Positions 12,627 to 27,699 of a stretch of DNA of 64,000 nt are shown piece by piece (the stretch's first letter is position 1; every line of letters begins with the position of its first letter). A program made the position numbers and the translations under genes. The stretch comes from Octopus vulgaris (taxonomy: Eukaryota). The stretch covers positions 34,162,001 to 34,226,000 of the forward strand of contig OX597824.1 in the NCBI GenBank assembly GCA_951406725.2, given 5' to 3'. The notes below the pieces were generated by a model. That model was not told the DNA's origin. It saw nothing but the letters and a program-made list of their open reading frames with translations, and did no database searches.

Positions 12627-15402
12627 TACTGAAAATCTATAAATATGAGAAATGATGAGCCTCATTCACTAAATTTCTACATGGAGTAGAGTAGGAATGA
12701 GAAATCCAGGTGAATGGATCTCTAAAGGAAAAGGGTGGACAGTGGTGAAAGTAATAGAGAGGTGATAAATTGAAATGTTTCATTTGGGATTAGATCTTCT
12801 GTTCTCTCCTAGTTGCACTGGTTTGTGTGGGCCACACAGTTATATTGATAATTTTCATTTACAAACGTGTTGCTTGATAAACTATATGAAAGATTGGCTG
12901 TCATTCACTAGCCTTTTGAATTTAAAATGTTTTTGCTCAAAATATCAAAGTTCTGCTTTTATGAGGTTGAAACATTCAAAGCAGCTTTGGGTTGGTTGCA
13001 ATTTGTGAGGAGAGAGAAGCATAGGCTGTTAGACAAATGCCAGAGATCAAAGAGGGTGAACTGTGTTTGAGGTTTTGCTAATAATTTAATTTTTCATAGT
13101 TTGTTATTGCAGGTCTATATAATCAATAGACCAATGTAGTTTTTTGTCTTGTATCAGGTCAACATTAAACACCAATGTATTTATTTATTTATTGCATGTG
13201 TTGAGGAAATCCAGCTTATCAAGATTATTCTTGGCTATGTAGTAAAACTGAAAGGTTATCGATTATAAATATTTTAAAGAGGTTCTTCAAGATTAGGTTA
13301 TTATTTCTCCATTACAGGATATTTCCAATGTCTCTATTCAGAGACAAGTGTTAAAATTACATGTTGATTAGAATAGTGTGTAATAAATTAGGTTTCCCTT
13401 TGAAATTTGGTTTTTCATAGTTCATTTTATTTTCATATTTTTGTCAGAAGATATTTAAAACTAATTATGAAGAATTCTGTGTTGACCATTTCCTAGATTG
13501 TGGTAGAAAAACTTGATATTTGATTTGTCATTTCAATATCTCCATTCTGAGTGAAGGGAAAGGCCTAACATACCATATCACCATGAATACCTCCATTGTC
13601 AGCACACATAACTTTTTACTCCATTATTTTTCAGTCCTTATAACAGGAACATACTTAGAAACAATCTTCTCTTCTTGTGTATATTGGTGAATATTTGAGA
13701 TTCCTCTCTTCGATCATGTATGTTCCCCATTTCGGGCAATTTACCATTTAACATTTTCGTTGAATCCTATTTGAGACTTCTTTCTCTCTCAAAGCCTATC
13801 TCATTATACACCATTACATTTATCTCACCTCATGTACTTCATATGTGATACAATCAACCATTTTTACCAGCAGCAGTGCAAAAAACTCTTGCTATTTTTT
13901 CCATCATTTTATCCTAATACCATCTCAGCACGAATTAGATTAACTCAGTGACACTCTGTCATGAGCTATTTTTATTCATGTGATTACCTGCTATTGAGTC
14001 ATTGTCTTTGATATGATAGCTCTAGTGTAGCATGGGGCATGCAGACTACACAGGGCAGTCACTTATTAAATGTAATTGAAGGTATGTTAGGTTTAAGAAA
14101 GCAGGTGGCCAAAACCCTTGCTATACTACTGTCTCATACCAATCCTTTACAGTAATAAATTCAGCATTTTTGGCTGTCTCAAGAAATTGCACCTCTTCTA
14201 CTTGAGTGATTAGAATAAATTCTCCTATTTTATGTCAGTCAAAAGTAACAAATGTATGAATTATATTGACAAAGGTTGGTCCTACTTTATGTAATCAAAT
14301 AAACTGAATTAGGTTTTTGTTTGATTTTGTTTCAATAAGCATGGAGAATAAGAAAACAAACTTCATCTTGGCTGAATTTGGACTAAGGATGTGGAGACAT
14401 GACATACTTTGGGGGACTGGATTATTTTATATCATGCCTATTTGAATGTATTGAAATAAACTTATTGTATAAACATATAGTTAAAAATATTCTAACCTAA
14501 AATTTTAAGGGACAAATTCAAATATTCTACAGTAGTGTATGATAAAACACCCCTAATGCTAACCTATTTTAGTAACAGGCATTTTGATGTTTTCTATGTA
14601 CATGATTTAAAATCCGAAAGATTTGATTTGAATATAGTAGAGATTAAACAGAATAGTAAATTGTATGTTTGTGTATTAATATATTGAACACTGTAACAAT
14701 GCTATTATTAATTTTTATCAAATAACTTAGTTTATTTTCCAGTTGCAAATATTTTTGTAAAATATTAACATTTTTCTTTGATTTCTCTCTTTCAGTTTTT
14801 CTTTTAATGTCGGTCCTTATAGCAACTGTGTTGCTTTTACTGCAGTTTCTCAACCAAGCATCAGTGAAACACCCCAGATACATGTGTGTGTATATTACCA
14901 TCATTACCTACCTAAGATGTTATCTACATTACTATTGGGCTGTTATGAATTACAAAGCAACCCCTACCAGTTGCTGAATATTTTGAAGGTTGACTGGATT
15001 GTATAACTATTGAGAATCAAAAGTCATAACAGTGAATACTGGAACAAATGCTATATTTGATAATAGTAAATCATTTAGATTCTGTGACTATGAAACAAAG
15101 AAATCATGTTAACAAAAGAATCTTGTAAATTATACAACTGTAAAGGACAAAATTATATACACTTCCAGACGAACAATAATATCATTATTTCTCTGAAAGA
15201 ATTTAACTTATATTGGTGTTTGAAGATTTTCAATAAATTGTGTGATGCCAACCACAGGTTCATCTCTACTCAAAGAAAACATGTTCAAAATAATTAACGT
15301 AACACACTGCTCATTATGAGTATTTTGCTTTATAAACTTTCCAGAGTGTTTCTCTGAACTAGTGGAACCTACAAACCTTGTGTATGTATGTATATATATG
15401 TG

Positions 15403-15442
<40 letters not shown>

Positions 15443-16680
15443 CAAACCGAATAAACTCAGGGCATGGTATTCTAAAATAATGGTAAAACGAATTCTGGGA
15501 TGTAGTATGATTAATCTAAGTAATTGCCATACTTTCTAGGAAGATTTCCTTGGACAGCGTAAAATAAAGAATCAAAAAGTCTTGTTTCAGAATATTTTGA
15601 AAAAAATAAAATATTTAAAAAAAATGTAATAATTAAAGGGATAAAAATGGAAAATATATATGCTGTGACACTTAGCTAGTCTCCTTTGAATTATTTATGC
15701 ATATATGCACACATACACATACACGCATACAAACATAATTTTTTAAAACCCTGAGTATCATACTCGCAGAAAGGTACATGGATAATGTTTAAGTTTCGTT
15801 GGACAGTGTTTCAATGATTCTTTGTGTGTGTGTGTGTATGTATGTATATATATGTATATATATTATACACACACACACAAAGTATTTCATGAATACTATT
15901 TAATCATTGACTACTCTTTAATACTTTCTCCACCCCATGTACTGTTGTGAGGCTCTCAAAATGGTTGTTCAAATTGTACAGCCTCTCTGACAATATCTGC
16001 TTTTGCCTTTCTATTTAATATCCACTAAAATAATTTCTAATTCAACCTATCATTTCTGGACATAAATTTTCTTTTAATTACTGTCCGTTATTTTTTTATA
16101 AGCTTCTGACCTAAAGTCTTTCAAGTGAATTGTCATTTTTGTTAACGTCCACTAATCCATTATTACATTTTAGGATTACTAAAAACTGATTTATTCCTGC
16201 CAGAAGATTAAATTCTTGATGGATTGGTTGGAAATATGCAGTACTTAATAAAAATTTAAAAAAACAGTTTTTAGATAATGACTATTATCACTATAATATT
16301 GTTCACTTTTCAGCATATGCACCAATTCCTCTAAAAGTTCAACATTGTAAAAAAAATTTTTTTTTTAAATTAGACTTTCTCATTTCCCTATGCTAATTAA
16401 GCAATTGTTTTGTAATTGGTATGTACACCATACCATCCTTAACACACACACACACACATACACACACACACTAACTCATTCTCTCTCTTGCCCTATATTT
16501 TAATTTTTTTTTTTTAAACACCTCAAATGTCTTTATATGTATACAAAATAAAATGTTTTTAAATTTTATCTTTACATTTTCTTTTTAAGTCTGTCAACTA
16601 GGGTGGGGGGGAAACAAATCAGGTAAATTAATTGTTCATATTCACGAAATTGTTGGTTTTCATGTGTGTGTGTAAGTGTC

Positions 16681-18290
16681 TATCCAGAAACATGCTAATA
16701 GCTTAGGAGTGAAATTCAGGATTTCTCAGTTTTCTGTGAATCAATTTTAATAAAACATTTCCCAGCTGGTTTGCACACTATGGCAACACCATTACGTTTT
16801 CATTATTCTGTGTAACGTCCTTTTTTTATATTTCAGATTCTTCAGTTTTTGGGTGAACCACATGAATAGCTTTTGAATGAAAATAGCTTATAATAATAAT
16901 GAAATTGTGTATAGTGCTCAGGCGCACCGCAACTCATTAAAGGTGCATATACAGTACATAGAATTAGGTACAAAAGTCAGGAAAGTGAACAGTGTATGAG
17001 TCATGATTGGCATGTGTGGAGGTGGGATATTAGGTGTAGTGTTGGCAAATTTCAGGAAGCATGATTTTAAAGGATGCAAAGGGTAATGATACATATTAAG
17101 CATATATTGAGTATATATTTAACAGATAACCATGTTATAACCTTTACTGACAATGAATTATATATCTACATGAGTGCCATTTCAATGGATAACTTCAAAA
17201 ACCCTATTAGTCATGGAATTTGTCAATTTCTTAATAGTAGCAGGTTGGACTGCCTTTGCTGCAGCTTTGACAGTCACCTATAAGACATCTTTTAACGTAA
17301 ATTGGCATCCATCAGCATAAACATCTTGCTTAATGATGGATCAAAGATTTTCGATAGGGTTGCGATCTGGAGTTATTGGCGACTACACCATCTACCTTTC
17401 ACCTTGTATGCTGTAAGAGCCTAGTAGTGTTTAGGTGGTCCTAGCTGAGTGGAGTGGGAGGGAGCGTTGTCATGCTTGAATAGGAGATTATTTAGAAGTG
17501 ACAGCGGTATGTTATCTAGCCAGGAATCCAAGATCTCCTTCAGGAGATTGCAGTAGGCGACTGTGGTCACTTTAATCCTTTCAGGCACCCTGAGTGGGCC
17601 AACAAGTTTGTCGCTAATGATAACAAGCCCACATGACTCCTCTACCCTGTTGCAGATATAAAAGCTGGTGACACTCATCTGCAAAATAGACCCAAACATC
17701 ATGTACTTTTGGGCCCATTGAAGCCTTAAACTCCTGTGATGGGGTGTTGTAGACGGTTCCAGGGGTTCTTTCTCGGAAGCCATGGTCCCAAGGATGCAAT
17801 TTCTGGTGGGGTTTTTTTTGATACATGATGTCCAGAGATGATGAAAATGGCTTTGCTTACTTGTCTAGGTTTCCCACATAACTTGTGGCCAATATTCCTT
17901 AAATCCATAGATGTCACAATCAGATCATTTCTTCCTTGGTGAGGGGCCTTTCAGGAATTGTGTAACCCTGTCTACATGGTGACTTAACTTCTCCACAATG
18001 ACATGAAGAGAGGTGCTTTTATCACTTTTGCTTGATGACAGACTTTTCATCATTAAGGCCTTTTCCATGCCCCATTGTTCTTAGAGAGGAGAAACGCTAT
18101 TAGGGTAATTCACCCAAAAACTGAAGAATCTGGAATAAATAAAAAGGACGTTACATAGAATAATGAAAACATAGCAATGGTGTTGCCATAATGTGCAAAC
18201 CAGCTAGAAAGAGTTTTATCAAAATCGATTAAAACAAAAACAAGAAATCCTAAATTTCGCTCCTAAGCTGTTAGCATGGTTCTGGGTGTG
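16681..18290 (-). mobile_element. Degenerate Tc1-like transposon with long (about 180 bp) TIRs
   Basis: Transposase remnant RLQWAQKYM...LVGPLRVPERIKVT..AYCNLLKE...FKHDNAPSH. About 16681-16857 is the reverse complement of about 18110-18290 (gctaatagcttaggagtgaaatt...cagtttttgggtgaa). Confidence 0.85.
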
Positions 18291-21200
18291 TATGTATGCA
18301 TGCATATATAATATATATATATCATCATCATCATTTAACGTCCGCTTTCCATGCTAGCATGGGTTGGACGGTTCAACTGGGGTCTGGGGAGCCCGAAGGC
18401 TGCGCCAGGCCAGTCGGATCTGGCAGTGTTTCTACAGCTGGATGCCCTTCCTAACGCCAACCACTCCGAGATATATATTTAAAATCTCATTGTGTAATAT
18501 AAGTTTGCTTATACCACACAATGGTAATTAAGTTTGCTCCCTAGCCACATGATTTCAGGTCCAGTCCCACTGCTGAACACCTTAGGCAAATGTCTTTTAT
18601 AGCACCGGGCAACCAAAGCCTTGTTAGCGTATTTGGTTGATGGAAACTGAAAGAAATTTACCCTGTATGTGTGCATTTCTTCTATGTCAACTTTGCCTTT
18701 CATCCTGTCAGGTTCAATAAAATAAGTACCAGTCAATTACTAGGGTCGATGTAATTGATTAGTCCCCTCCCCTGAAATTTTAGGCCTTGTACCTATAGTA
18801 GAATGGATTGTGTTTTTGTTGTAAATGAATGGCATTTATTGCAAGTTTCTGCAAAAACATGTCTGGCCATAGGGAAATATTACCTTGTTTAGAAACATAT
18901 AAGGGTCAGTGACAGGAAGGGCTTCTTTTCATAAACTTCATCCAACCAAAACAAGCATGGAAAAGTGGATGTTAAAATGATGACTATGTATAGATATAGC
19001 TATTGTATGTATGTACATGACACTAGTTCATGATTCTTTGAAGTTGGTGGGTAAGGAGTTGAGGGCAAAAAGTGCATCTTGGCTATGAAAATGCATCAAA
19101 GTAACAAAGGCAGAATAATTGCTTCTTTTTGCTAAAGTGCGTTAGGGACATTCATAAAGAATTACCACATTTGAAAAATCCTTTCATTTTGTTCATAAGT
19201 ATAAACCAGTTCATTAAGTTGCACCCCCTAAAATTGTCTATTAAATGTATTGGTGTCAATAGTATAAGTAATTTATGATCATAATTTAATACGTATATAT
19301 ATATATAGATATATATATATATATATATCTGTCTGTGTGTGTGAGTGAAGCCAACCTGCCTAGAAGACAAACACATTAAAACTGATATATGAGAGAGGGT
19401 AGATTTCAGTCGTGACAGACTCTATAGCGTTGTCAGGATATGAGAAAGTGCATTCTCTAAATGATTAGTTGTAGGATGGGTATCCAGCCATAAAAACAGT
19501 AAAGAAAATTTCATACATAAACCAGACAGTTTTCTCTTTATTATGCAGTTGTATAACAAAGGATTGTAACTACCAAAATCATTATGGAAAAATAGGAATA
19601 TTCTTATTCTTCAATACTTCAGAAGTTTATTTACCTCAGATGGCTACCACTTTTTAGAGATTTGCAATAAGTTGACTTGAGATTTTTTCAATTATTAAAA
19701 ATGGTGAGTGAACATAAGAACCAAAACCTACAGTATAAAGCTATAAAAATTATAGTGTTTCAGACTATTTGGCAGAGCAATAGTGATTGTATGGGTGTAT
19801 AACCGTCCTTTGTTTCTGATGCTTGTTATTTTCTGTTTCTCATCAAATACTGTTTGTAAGGTTTGGATGTTAAGATTGAAATTATTTGCTTCATGTCCCA
19901 CTCAAGACATACAAGTTTTCATTGAAGCCACAGAATGAAACATTGGGTTCTTAGAATAAAAGAAACCATCTTAAGACCAACCCACATTAAGAGAACCAAG
20001 CTGTATGCATTTGATTGGCTACTATGGCAATGCTACCCTGCACATGAAGAGCTGTCATATATGTACACACACACACTAGATCAGAGAAGTCTGCTCACAT
20101 TTTCCCAAAGATTTCATGAAGGGGTCCTAATCCTGAAATATATTAATACAAAAGTACAAACCTACAACTTATTTCTTATAACTTGTATTGTTTTGGCTTT
20201 AAAAGAAAATTTAAAACCTCTATATCAGACAATGCTTCATGCAAACTATAAAGAAACACACACGTGTGAAAGGCTTCTACACTGTTTCTATCTTCCAAAT
20301 TCACCCTGACACATCTTCACCATCTTTTTTTCAAACTGGGGTAGCAATGTATCTCCTTGATTGCAAGACTTGTTTTAATTCCTCTATCATGCTTTAAGCT
20401 TTCGCCTGGTGTAAAATCACCCACTCTATTACTACTCCCTTCTCAGTTGTATGGTCTTGTCTTGCAAGTGACTTGATGGTTTCGCTAGGGCCGGTGCCAC
20501 ATAAAATGCACCCAGTACACTCTATAAAGTGGTTAGTGTTAGGAAGGGCATCAATTGGTAGAACCCATGCCAAAGCAGACATAGTTGTTTTGTACAGTCC
20601 TCTAGCTTGAACCATTCAACCATTACCAGCATAGATATTAAATGATGATGAAACCTACAGGAGAAGATACCTAAACTGTTGCACAGTAGGATCAAACTCA
20701 GAACCACTTTGTTCTAAAACAGGTTTCTTAACCACATATGTCTATCCCTGTTATTGAAGACTGAAGAAGGAAAATAAATTTATTGTGTTTAAATTTACAA
20801 TGAATTACAACAATGTCTAGCATTTAGAAACCTTAAGTGTTTATTGTCATATAGTCATTGTTCTAGCTTTATATTTCAGTTAATCTGTTCCTTTTACCTG
20901 GTTTCAGTTTTAATCTCTTATTTTTCTTTTCAAAGAAATGTTAATCTTATTTTGGTGTCTACAAATTTACTGCAATGTCTGTTATCCAATATTACCTCTT
21001 CATACTATCACTTTCTTTTTCTCTACCTCAGGCAACACTTGTATGGTGGTGGTGGTGGAACTTCCCTAAGTACATTACTTGCTACAGAATTATCTTGTAC
21101 TGAGTTAATCCTATATGCTAAGCAAAAAAGCTTGTCTTCTCTGCTCACTGTGTTACCTGGGTTTTGGTGTACTTGATTGGTTGGTGGTCCCCTTAACCCT

Positions 21201-22351
21201 ATATACATGTCAATTGCATGACATAATTTGTACCTACTCACACATGATGTTGGAGCAGCTCTAGTCTGTTGAACTGTGTATTGTAAATATTTCTTGCAGA
21301 TCAACGATGGAATAAAATGCAATGTCAAAGCTGACTGGCAGGATTTGAATTCAATTATTAACAAAATTATTGCTCAGCACATTACCACCTGCACCACCCT
21401 TGCAGAGCTGATAGTGATATCACAAATTAAGATAATTCTTTCTACTATAGGTACAAGGCCTAAAATTTTGAGGGGAGGGGTTAGTCAATTCCATCAACTT
21501 CAGTGCTCAACTGGTACTTATTTCATTGACCCACTCCACCCCACCAAAAAATGAAAGGCAAAGTTGACCTCAGAGGTATTTGAACTCTGATCATACTGCT
21601 GAGTATTTTTGTCTGACACTGATGATTCTGCTGCCCACTGCTTAAATAATAGTAATAATAATGGTTTCAAGTTCTGGCTCAAGACCAGCAATTTCAGAGG
21701 ATGGGATAAGTCAATTATATCAACTTCAGTGCACAGCTGAAACTTATTTTATCAACTCCGAAAGGATAAAAGACGAAGTTGACCTCAGAATTTAGACAGA
21801 CGAAATGCCACTAAGCATTTTGCCTGGTGTGCTAATGATTCTTATTTCTTTATTGCCCACAAGGGGCTAAACATAGAGGGGACAAACAAGGACAGACAAA
21901 GGGATTAAGTCGATTACATCGATCCCAGTGCATAACTGGTACTTAATTTATTGACCTCGGAAGGATGAAAGGCAAAGTCGACCTCGGCAGAATTTGAACT
22001 CAGAACATAAAGACAGACGAAATACTACTAAGCATTTCGCCCGGCATGCTAATGTTTCTGCCAGCTCACCGCCGTAATAATGGCCAGTTATTTTAAGGAG
22101 CAGAAGTTTGTTGCATGGTTATATATTTTATGATTTAAGTTGGCTAATCAACAAATTTTATTAACCCTCTCAAATATATAGAGAATTTTGATTAACCTCA
22201 ATCCTTAATTGTTTTGAAAATGCTATCATCAATTGTGTTCTGCAACATCTTGCCAGAAGCAAATCCAGTCTATAAATGTTTTCCCAGCATGGCAAGTGAG
22301 CTTGCTTGTCTACTTAGAATTGCTTTCTATATCAAATTATGGTTCAGTTAA

Positions 22352-22549
22352 CCCTTTAGCATTCAGATTACTCTGTCAAATGTAATGCTTATTTATTCAG
22401 TTTTTAATTCACCATGCATTATCTCGTAGCTCTGGTATTTCAATGATGCAATTATTTTTACAATGACATTACTGGGCAGGTGTGAGACACTGGATCTGAC
22501 TGGCTTGACCATAAAACAGAATATTTGGACCAGTATAAATGCTAAAAAG
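22352..22549. mobile_element. piggyBac-type MITE copy
   Basis: ttaa|ccctttagcattcagattactctgtcaaatg...aatgctaaaaag|ttaa. Confidence 0.75.
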
Positions 22550-23175
22550 TTAAATAAATTACAACTTCGGCCCTTTTCTTATCTGAATCAGCAATTTATT
22601 TTTTAATCAAGTTAAGCTTATTGTAAGACCTATTCTTACATTTGGTTTGATCTGAAGGAAGGGATTGTAACTTATGTAGACTGTGACTAGTGTTTATTTT
22701 TTGTCCTCTTTCTCCTACTTACTAGGTCTTAACTGGCACTGCAGTTCCAACTTCCAGTTGATCTGATCAACGTAACACTCTGCTCATGAAATTTAATGTG
22801 CAAGTGGCTGAGCACTCCACTGATGCATAATTTCAATGTAGTTCTCATGGAGATTCAGCATGACACAATGTGACAAGGCTGTCCCTTTGAAATACAGGTA
22901 CAACTCATTCTTGATAAAACCCGGTGCCGGCCCCTGATCTTGCCAGTTGCTGTCAAGCCATCCAACCCATGCCAGCATAGGAAACTGATGCTAAATGTGG
23001 AGTGGACTGGAGCAATGTGAAATAAAGTATTGTACAAGTTTTGTTTGGTTTTAATTCCCCACCTCCTGGCATTGGTGTGCCCCCCCCCCCCATTTGAGGG
23101 AGTCCGTGCATGTGTGGTGTATTGCTTCTAGGTAGCATACAGATAATGGTTTGTTGAGGAAAGTTAGGATAAAAT

Positions 23176-23620
23176 CATCATCATCATCATCATTTAACGT
23201 CCGCTTTCCATGCTAGCATGGGCTGGACGATTTGACTGAGGGCTGGCGAACCAGATGGCTGCACCAGGCTTCAATCTTGATCTGGCAGAGTTTCTTCAGC
23301 TGGATGCCCTTCCTAACGCCAACCACTCCGAGAGTGCAGTGGGTGCCCCTATGTGCCACCAGCACGTGGCCAGTCAGGCGGTACTGACAACAATCTCACT
23401 CGAATCTTTTACACATGCCACTGGCACAGGTACCAGTAAGGCGATGCTGGTAACGATCACGCTCGAATGGTGTCGTTTACGTGCCACCAGCATGGAGGCC
23501 AGATAGCTGCTCTGGCAATGATCATGCTTGGATGGTGCTCTAAATACCCTACTAGCACGGGTTTGAGTGCCAGTAAGGCAACATTGGTAACAATCTCACT
23601 CAAATGGAGACTTTTAAGTG
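23176..23620 (-). mobile_element. SINE/retroposon with (GAT)n tail and internal short tandem repeats
   Basis: catcatcatttaacgtccgctttccatgctagcatggg... Also found at about 2630, 18322, 20480, 23852, 26090, 37730, 40632, 44531, 58770 and 59978. Confidence 0.85.
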
Positions 23621-24439
23621 CCAGAGGCTTATTATTTGCATAAAAATGAATTATTTGGCAGCAACTTGGTTTATTTATGAGTAGAAGGAAAACAGTTGAG
23701 AGACAAAACCAGAATCGAGAGAGAACAACATCATTACATTGTAGTAATGTAATCTAATAGGAAGCTATTAATCCTAACAATTAGTCAGAGAGATCCCTAT
23801 AAGAGGACAGTTTCAAGGGGAAATTTTGTCAGATATTGTTGAGAGCAACATTCATCATCATCATCATCGTTTAACGTTTGTTTTCCGTGCTAGCACGGGT
23901 TGGGCGGTTCGACCGGGGTCTGGGAAGCCAGGGGCTGCTCCAGGCTCCAGTCTGATCTGGCAGAGTTTCTACGGCTGGATGCCCTTCCTAACGCCAACCA
24001 CTCCGCGAGTGTAGTGGGTGCTTTTTACATGCCACCTGCATAGGTGCTATGGGGGGGTCCGGCATCGGCCACGATCGGTTGGAGCTTTTAACGTGCCAGC
24101 GGCACAGAAGCCAGCCAAGGCGGTGCTTGCTTTTATAAAAGGACCCAGCGGAGTGACACAGCTGATTTCAAGTGAATATGACATTCAGAAGCCATTCTGG
24201 TGTTTGTTTACTGTTACAACTCTTAGATATTGGTTTATGCAAGCATTGCATATATAGAACTGCAAAATAATATAAACAATTTAAAATGAATGCTTTTTTT
24301 TTTTCTGGTTGCAGTTTGTAAGAAGTAAGTTTGATAGCAGTAATCTGTAACTAATAATGGAACAAAATTACAGTAAAATGCTGCCTCCAACTATGGAATT
24401 AATGAAAACTTTAAAATAGCAATGAAAAAACTAATAAAA

Positions 24440-24830
24440 GGCGGTGAGCTGGCAGAAACATTAGCACGCGACGAAATGCTTAGCAGTATTTCGTCTGCTG
24501 TTATATTCTGAGTTCAAATTCTACCGAGGTCAACTTTGCCTTTCATCCTTTCGGGGTTGATAAATTTAATACCAGTTACACACTGGAGTCAATGTAATTG
24601 ACTTAATCCCTTTGTCTGTCCTTGTTTGTCCACTCTATGTTTAGCCCCTTGTGGGGTAGTAAAGAAATAGGTATTCTGTCTGTCTTTACGTTCTGAGTTC
24701 AAATTCCACTGAGGTTGACTTTGCCTTTCATACTTTCGGTGTCAATAAATTAAGTATCAGTTGCATACTGGGGTCGATCTAATTGACTGGCCCCCTCCCC
24801 CAAAATTTCGGTCCTTTTCCAGACAGAAAA
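24440..24830 (+). mobile_element. SINE of the same family as the 32.3-kb concatemer (here a partial dimer)
   Basis: ggcggtgagctggcagaaac...gactttgcctttcatcctttcggggttgataaa. Other copies at 21400-22073 (-), 26923-27140 and 28815-28948. Confidence 0.85.
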
Positions 24831-27699
24831 GAATAAAGACATACAAATTTTAATAAAATTTTTATTTCCAAATTTAACTGAGCAGACTTATGAGCGAGCT
24901 AAGGGCATTAAATTATTACCTCTTTTTTTTCCTCTTTTTCAACAGTAATGTGTCCCAGACTGCACTATCCATTGTTTTAATTTTTAAGTAAATTTTCTGT
25001 GATATGAAGGAGATTTGGCTGCTATTTCTAGCAAGTTAAGCAACGGTATAGAGTTACCAGTAGAGTCATGGCACTGTTGGTTATGATGACGAGGGTTCCA
25101 GTTGATCCGATCAACGGAACAGCCTGCTTGTAAAATTAACATGCAAGTGGCTGAGCACTCCAGGCATGTGTACCCTTAACGTAGTCCTCGGAGATTCGGC
25201 GTGACAGAGTGTGACAAGGCTGGCCCTTTGAAATACAAGTACAACAGAAACTGGAATAAAGAGTGTGAGAAAGTTGTGAAATAGTGCAGCAGGGTTCACC
25301 ACCAGCCCCTACTGGAGCCTCATGGAGCTTTAGGTGTTTTCGCTCAATAAACACTCGCAATGCCTGGTTTGGGAATCGAAACCACGATCTTACGACCACA
25401 AGTTCGTTGCCCTAATCACTGGGCCATTGCGCCTCTACCCCAGTAGAGCACTGCAATGACTTAAACCATAATCCATTCAGACCAAATCAAAAATAAAAAC
25501 GTTTCTTCATATCGTTTTCTTTAAGTAAATTAAATTTACTCAACTAGACAGCTACTATAAGTACTACTAAAATGAGATAACATTATCTCTCTTTCTTTCT
25601 CCATTATATTACATTTAACTCTTTATTTCTGTTCAAATAGTGAAAACTGTAATTACAAGCACATTCTCAAGTAAATTACTACTTTTACCATTTACAAAAG
25701 AACATGTTCACAAAATAGAATTTAGCAAATGTCTTTGATGAGGTTTAACTGCACCAAATACCTGCCCGGTATTTAGATATTTGTTTTATATAACGTTTGT
25801 GGGAAGGTAAGGAAGAATTAGTTTTAAATTCTTGTTGGAAACCAGGTAAAATTCACTTGGAATAAGTTAAGATAAATCGTGCATTTGTATATAAAAGATG
25901 TCATGCGTCTAATTTAATCAAACACCAGCAGAAAAAAATTAGATCTTAAGGTTTTGTCAAAAACACTACATTGACTTCTAGACCAGTGAAACAGTAGTCT
26001 TTATATTATAAATTAGGTTAATTATGGTAGATTAAAGCTAAAATTATTGGTTATCAAATTGTAAAGTCTCATCTTTTTCATAAGAAAAGATGGCACTGTG
26101 CCAGTGTCACACAAAAAGCACTGGTGCTGGTGCCACATAAAAGGCACCCAGTGCACTCTATAAAGTATTTGGCATTAGGAAGGGCATCCAGCCAGAGAAA
26201 TCATGCCACAACAGAGAATGGAGCCTGGTGTGGCCCCCAGCCTTACCAGCTCCCGTCAAACTGTCCAAACCATGCCATCATGGAAAACAGATATTAAACT
26301 AAAATCATCATTTAATGAGATGTTTATTATTTCAGGATTTTTTTTATTATGTAGGCACAGGAATGGCTGTGTGGTAAGTAGCTTGCTTACCAATCACATG
26401 GTTCCAGGTTCAGTCCCATTGTGTGACACTTTGGGCAAGTGTCCTCTACTATAGCCTCAGGCCGACCAAAACCTTGTGAGTGGATTGAGTTGACAGAAAC
26501 TGAAAGAAGTCTGTTATATATATATGTATATGTTTGTATTTGTTCCCCCACCCTCACTTGAAAGCCAATGTTGGTGTGTTTATGTCCCCGTAACTTAGCA
26601 GTTCAGTAAAAGAGACTGATAGAATAAGTACTAGGCTTACAAAATAAGTCCTGGGGTTGACTTGTTCGAATAAAGGTGGTGCTCCAGCATGGCCGTAGTC
26701 AAATGACTGAAACAAGTAAAAGAGTAAAAACTTTCTTTGTTATGTGACATTTGCCACTAACCATTACTATAACCTTGAAATGAAGCAGCAACTGTGTCAC
26801 AAACACCACAGAGCATGCTCCGTTAGGTGGGTACCCTCCCACCACCACCACCAATCAATTCTTTATTAGTAGTACTACTGATGTAGCCATTACCACTTAC
26901 GATAGCTATAACAATAATAAAGATGGCAAGCTGGCAGAAACGTTAGCACGCCGGGCAAAATGCATAGCCATATTTCGTCTGCCGTTACGTTCTGGGTTCA
27001 AATTCCGCCGAGGTCGACTTTGCCGTTCATCCTTTCGGGGTCGATAAATTAAATACCAGTTATGCACTCGAGTCGATGTAATCGACTTAATCCGTTTGTC
27101 TGTCCTTGTGTTTAGCCCCTTGTGGGTAGTAAAGAAATATATAACAATAATAATGATCTTTACTGAATCACAAGTGTCAAGGTGTTGGCAACTAAACCAG
27201 CAACCCCACAGAGCTCTGTGAGGGGTATGTTTTTCTTGCTACTTTGTCATCCAGCAGGATGAAATACAGGACCTGTCTAGGGGCTGATGAACTCTGAGGA
27301 ATCAATGGCCATCCAAATAGCATTTCTCCATTAGCTGTGCTGCCAATTAAGACAGCAGTGATAATAATAATGATGAATAGTATATATCTATGTGTGTGTG
27401 TATATATATGTGGGGGTGGGTATGCATGTATATATATATATATGTATGTATGTATCATTTCACTTGCTGCAGAGCTCAGAGTACCATGATGGTGTCCAGC
27501 ACAGGATAACTCAAATTTATAAGGGTAGAGGGGCTCCTTTGAGTTTATTGAGACAAGACCCCTAGAGACAATGTCTCAATAAAAATACTGGTGGTTGTGA
27601 CACCTTATCACCACTTTCCTCCAAACAATGGTGTAAGTGAAAACAGAACTTCAGTTGACAGACCCTTGCCCAGCAGGTGTCCAGTGGGTAAAGTTGTCA

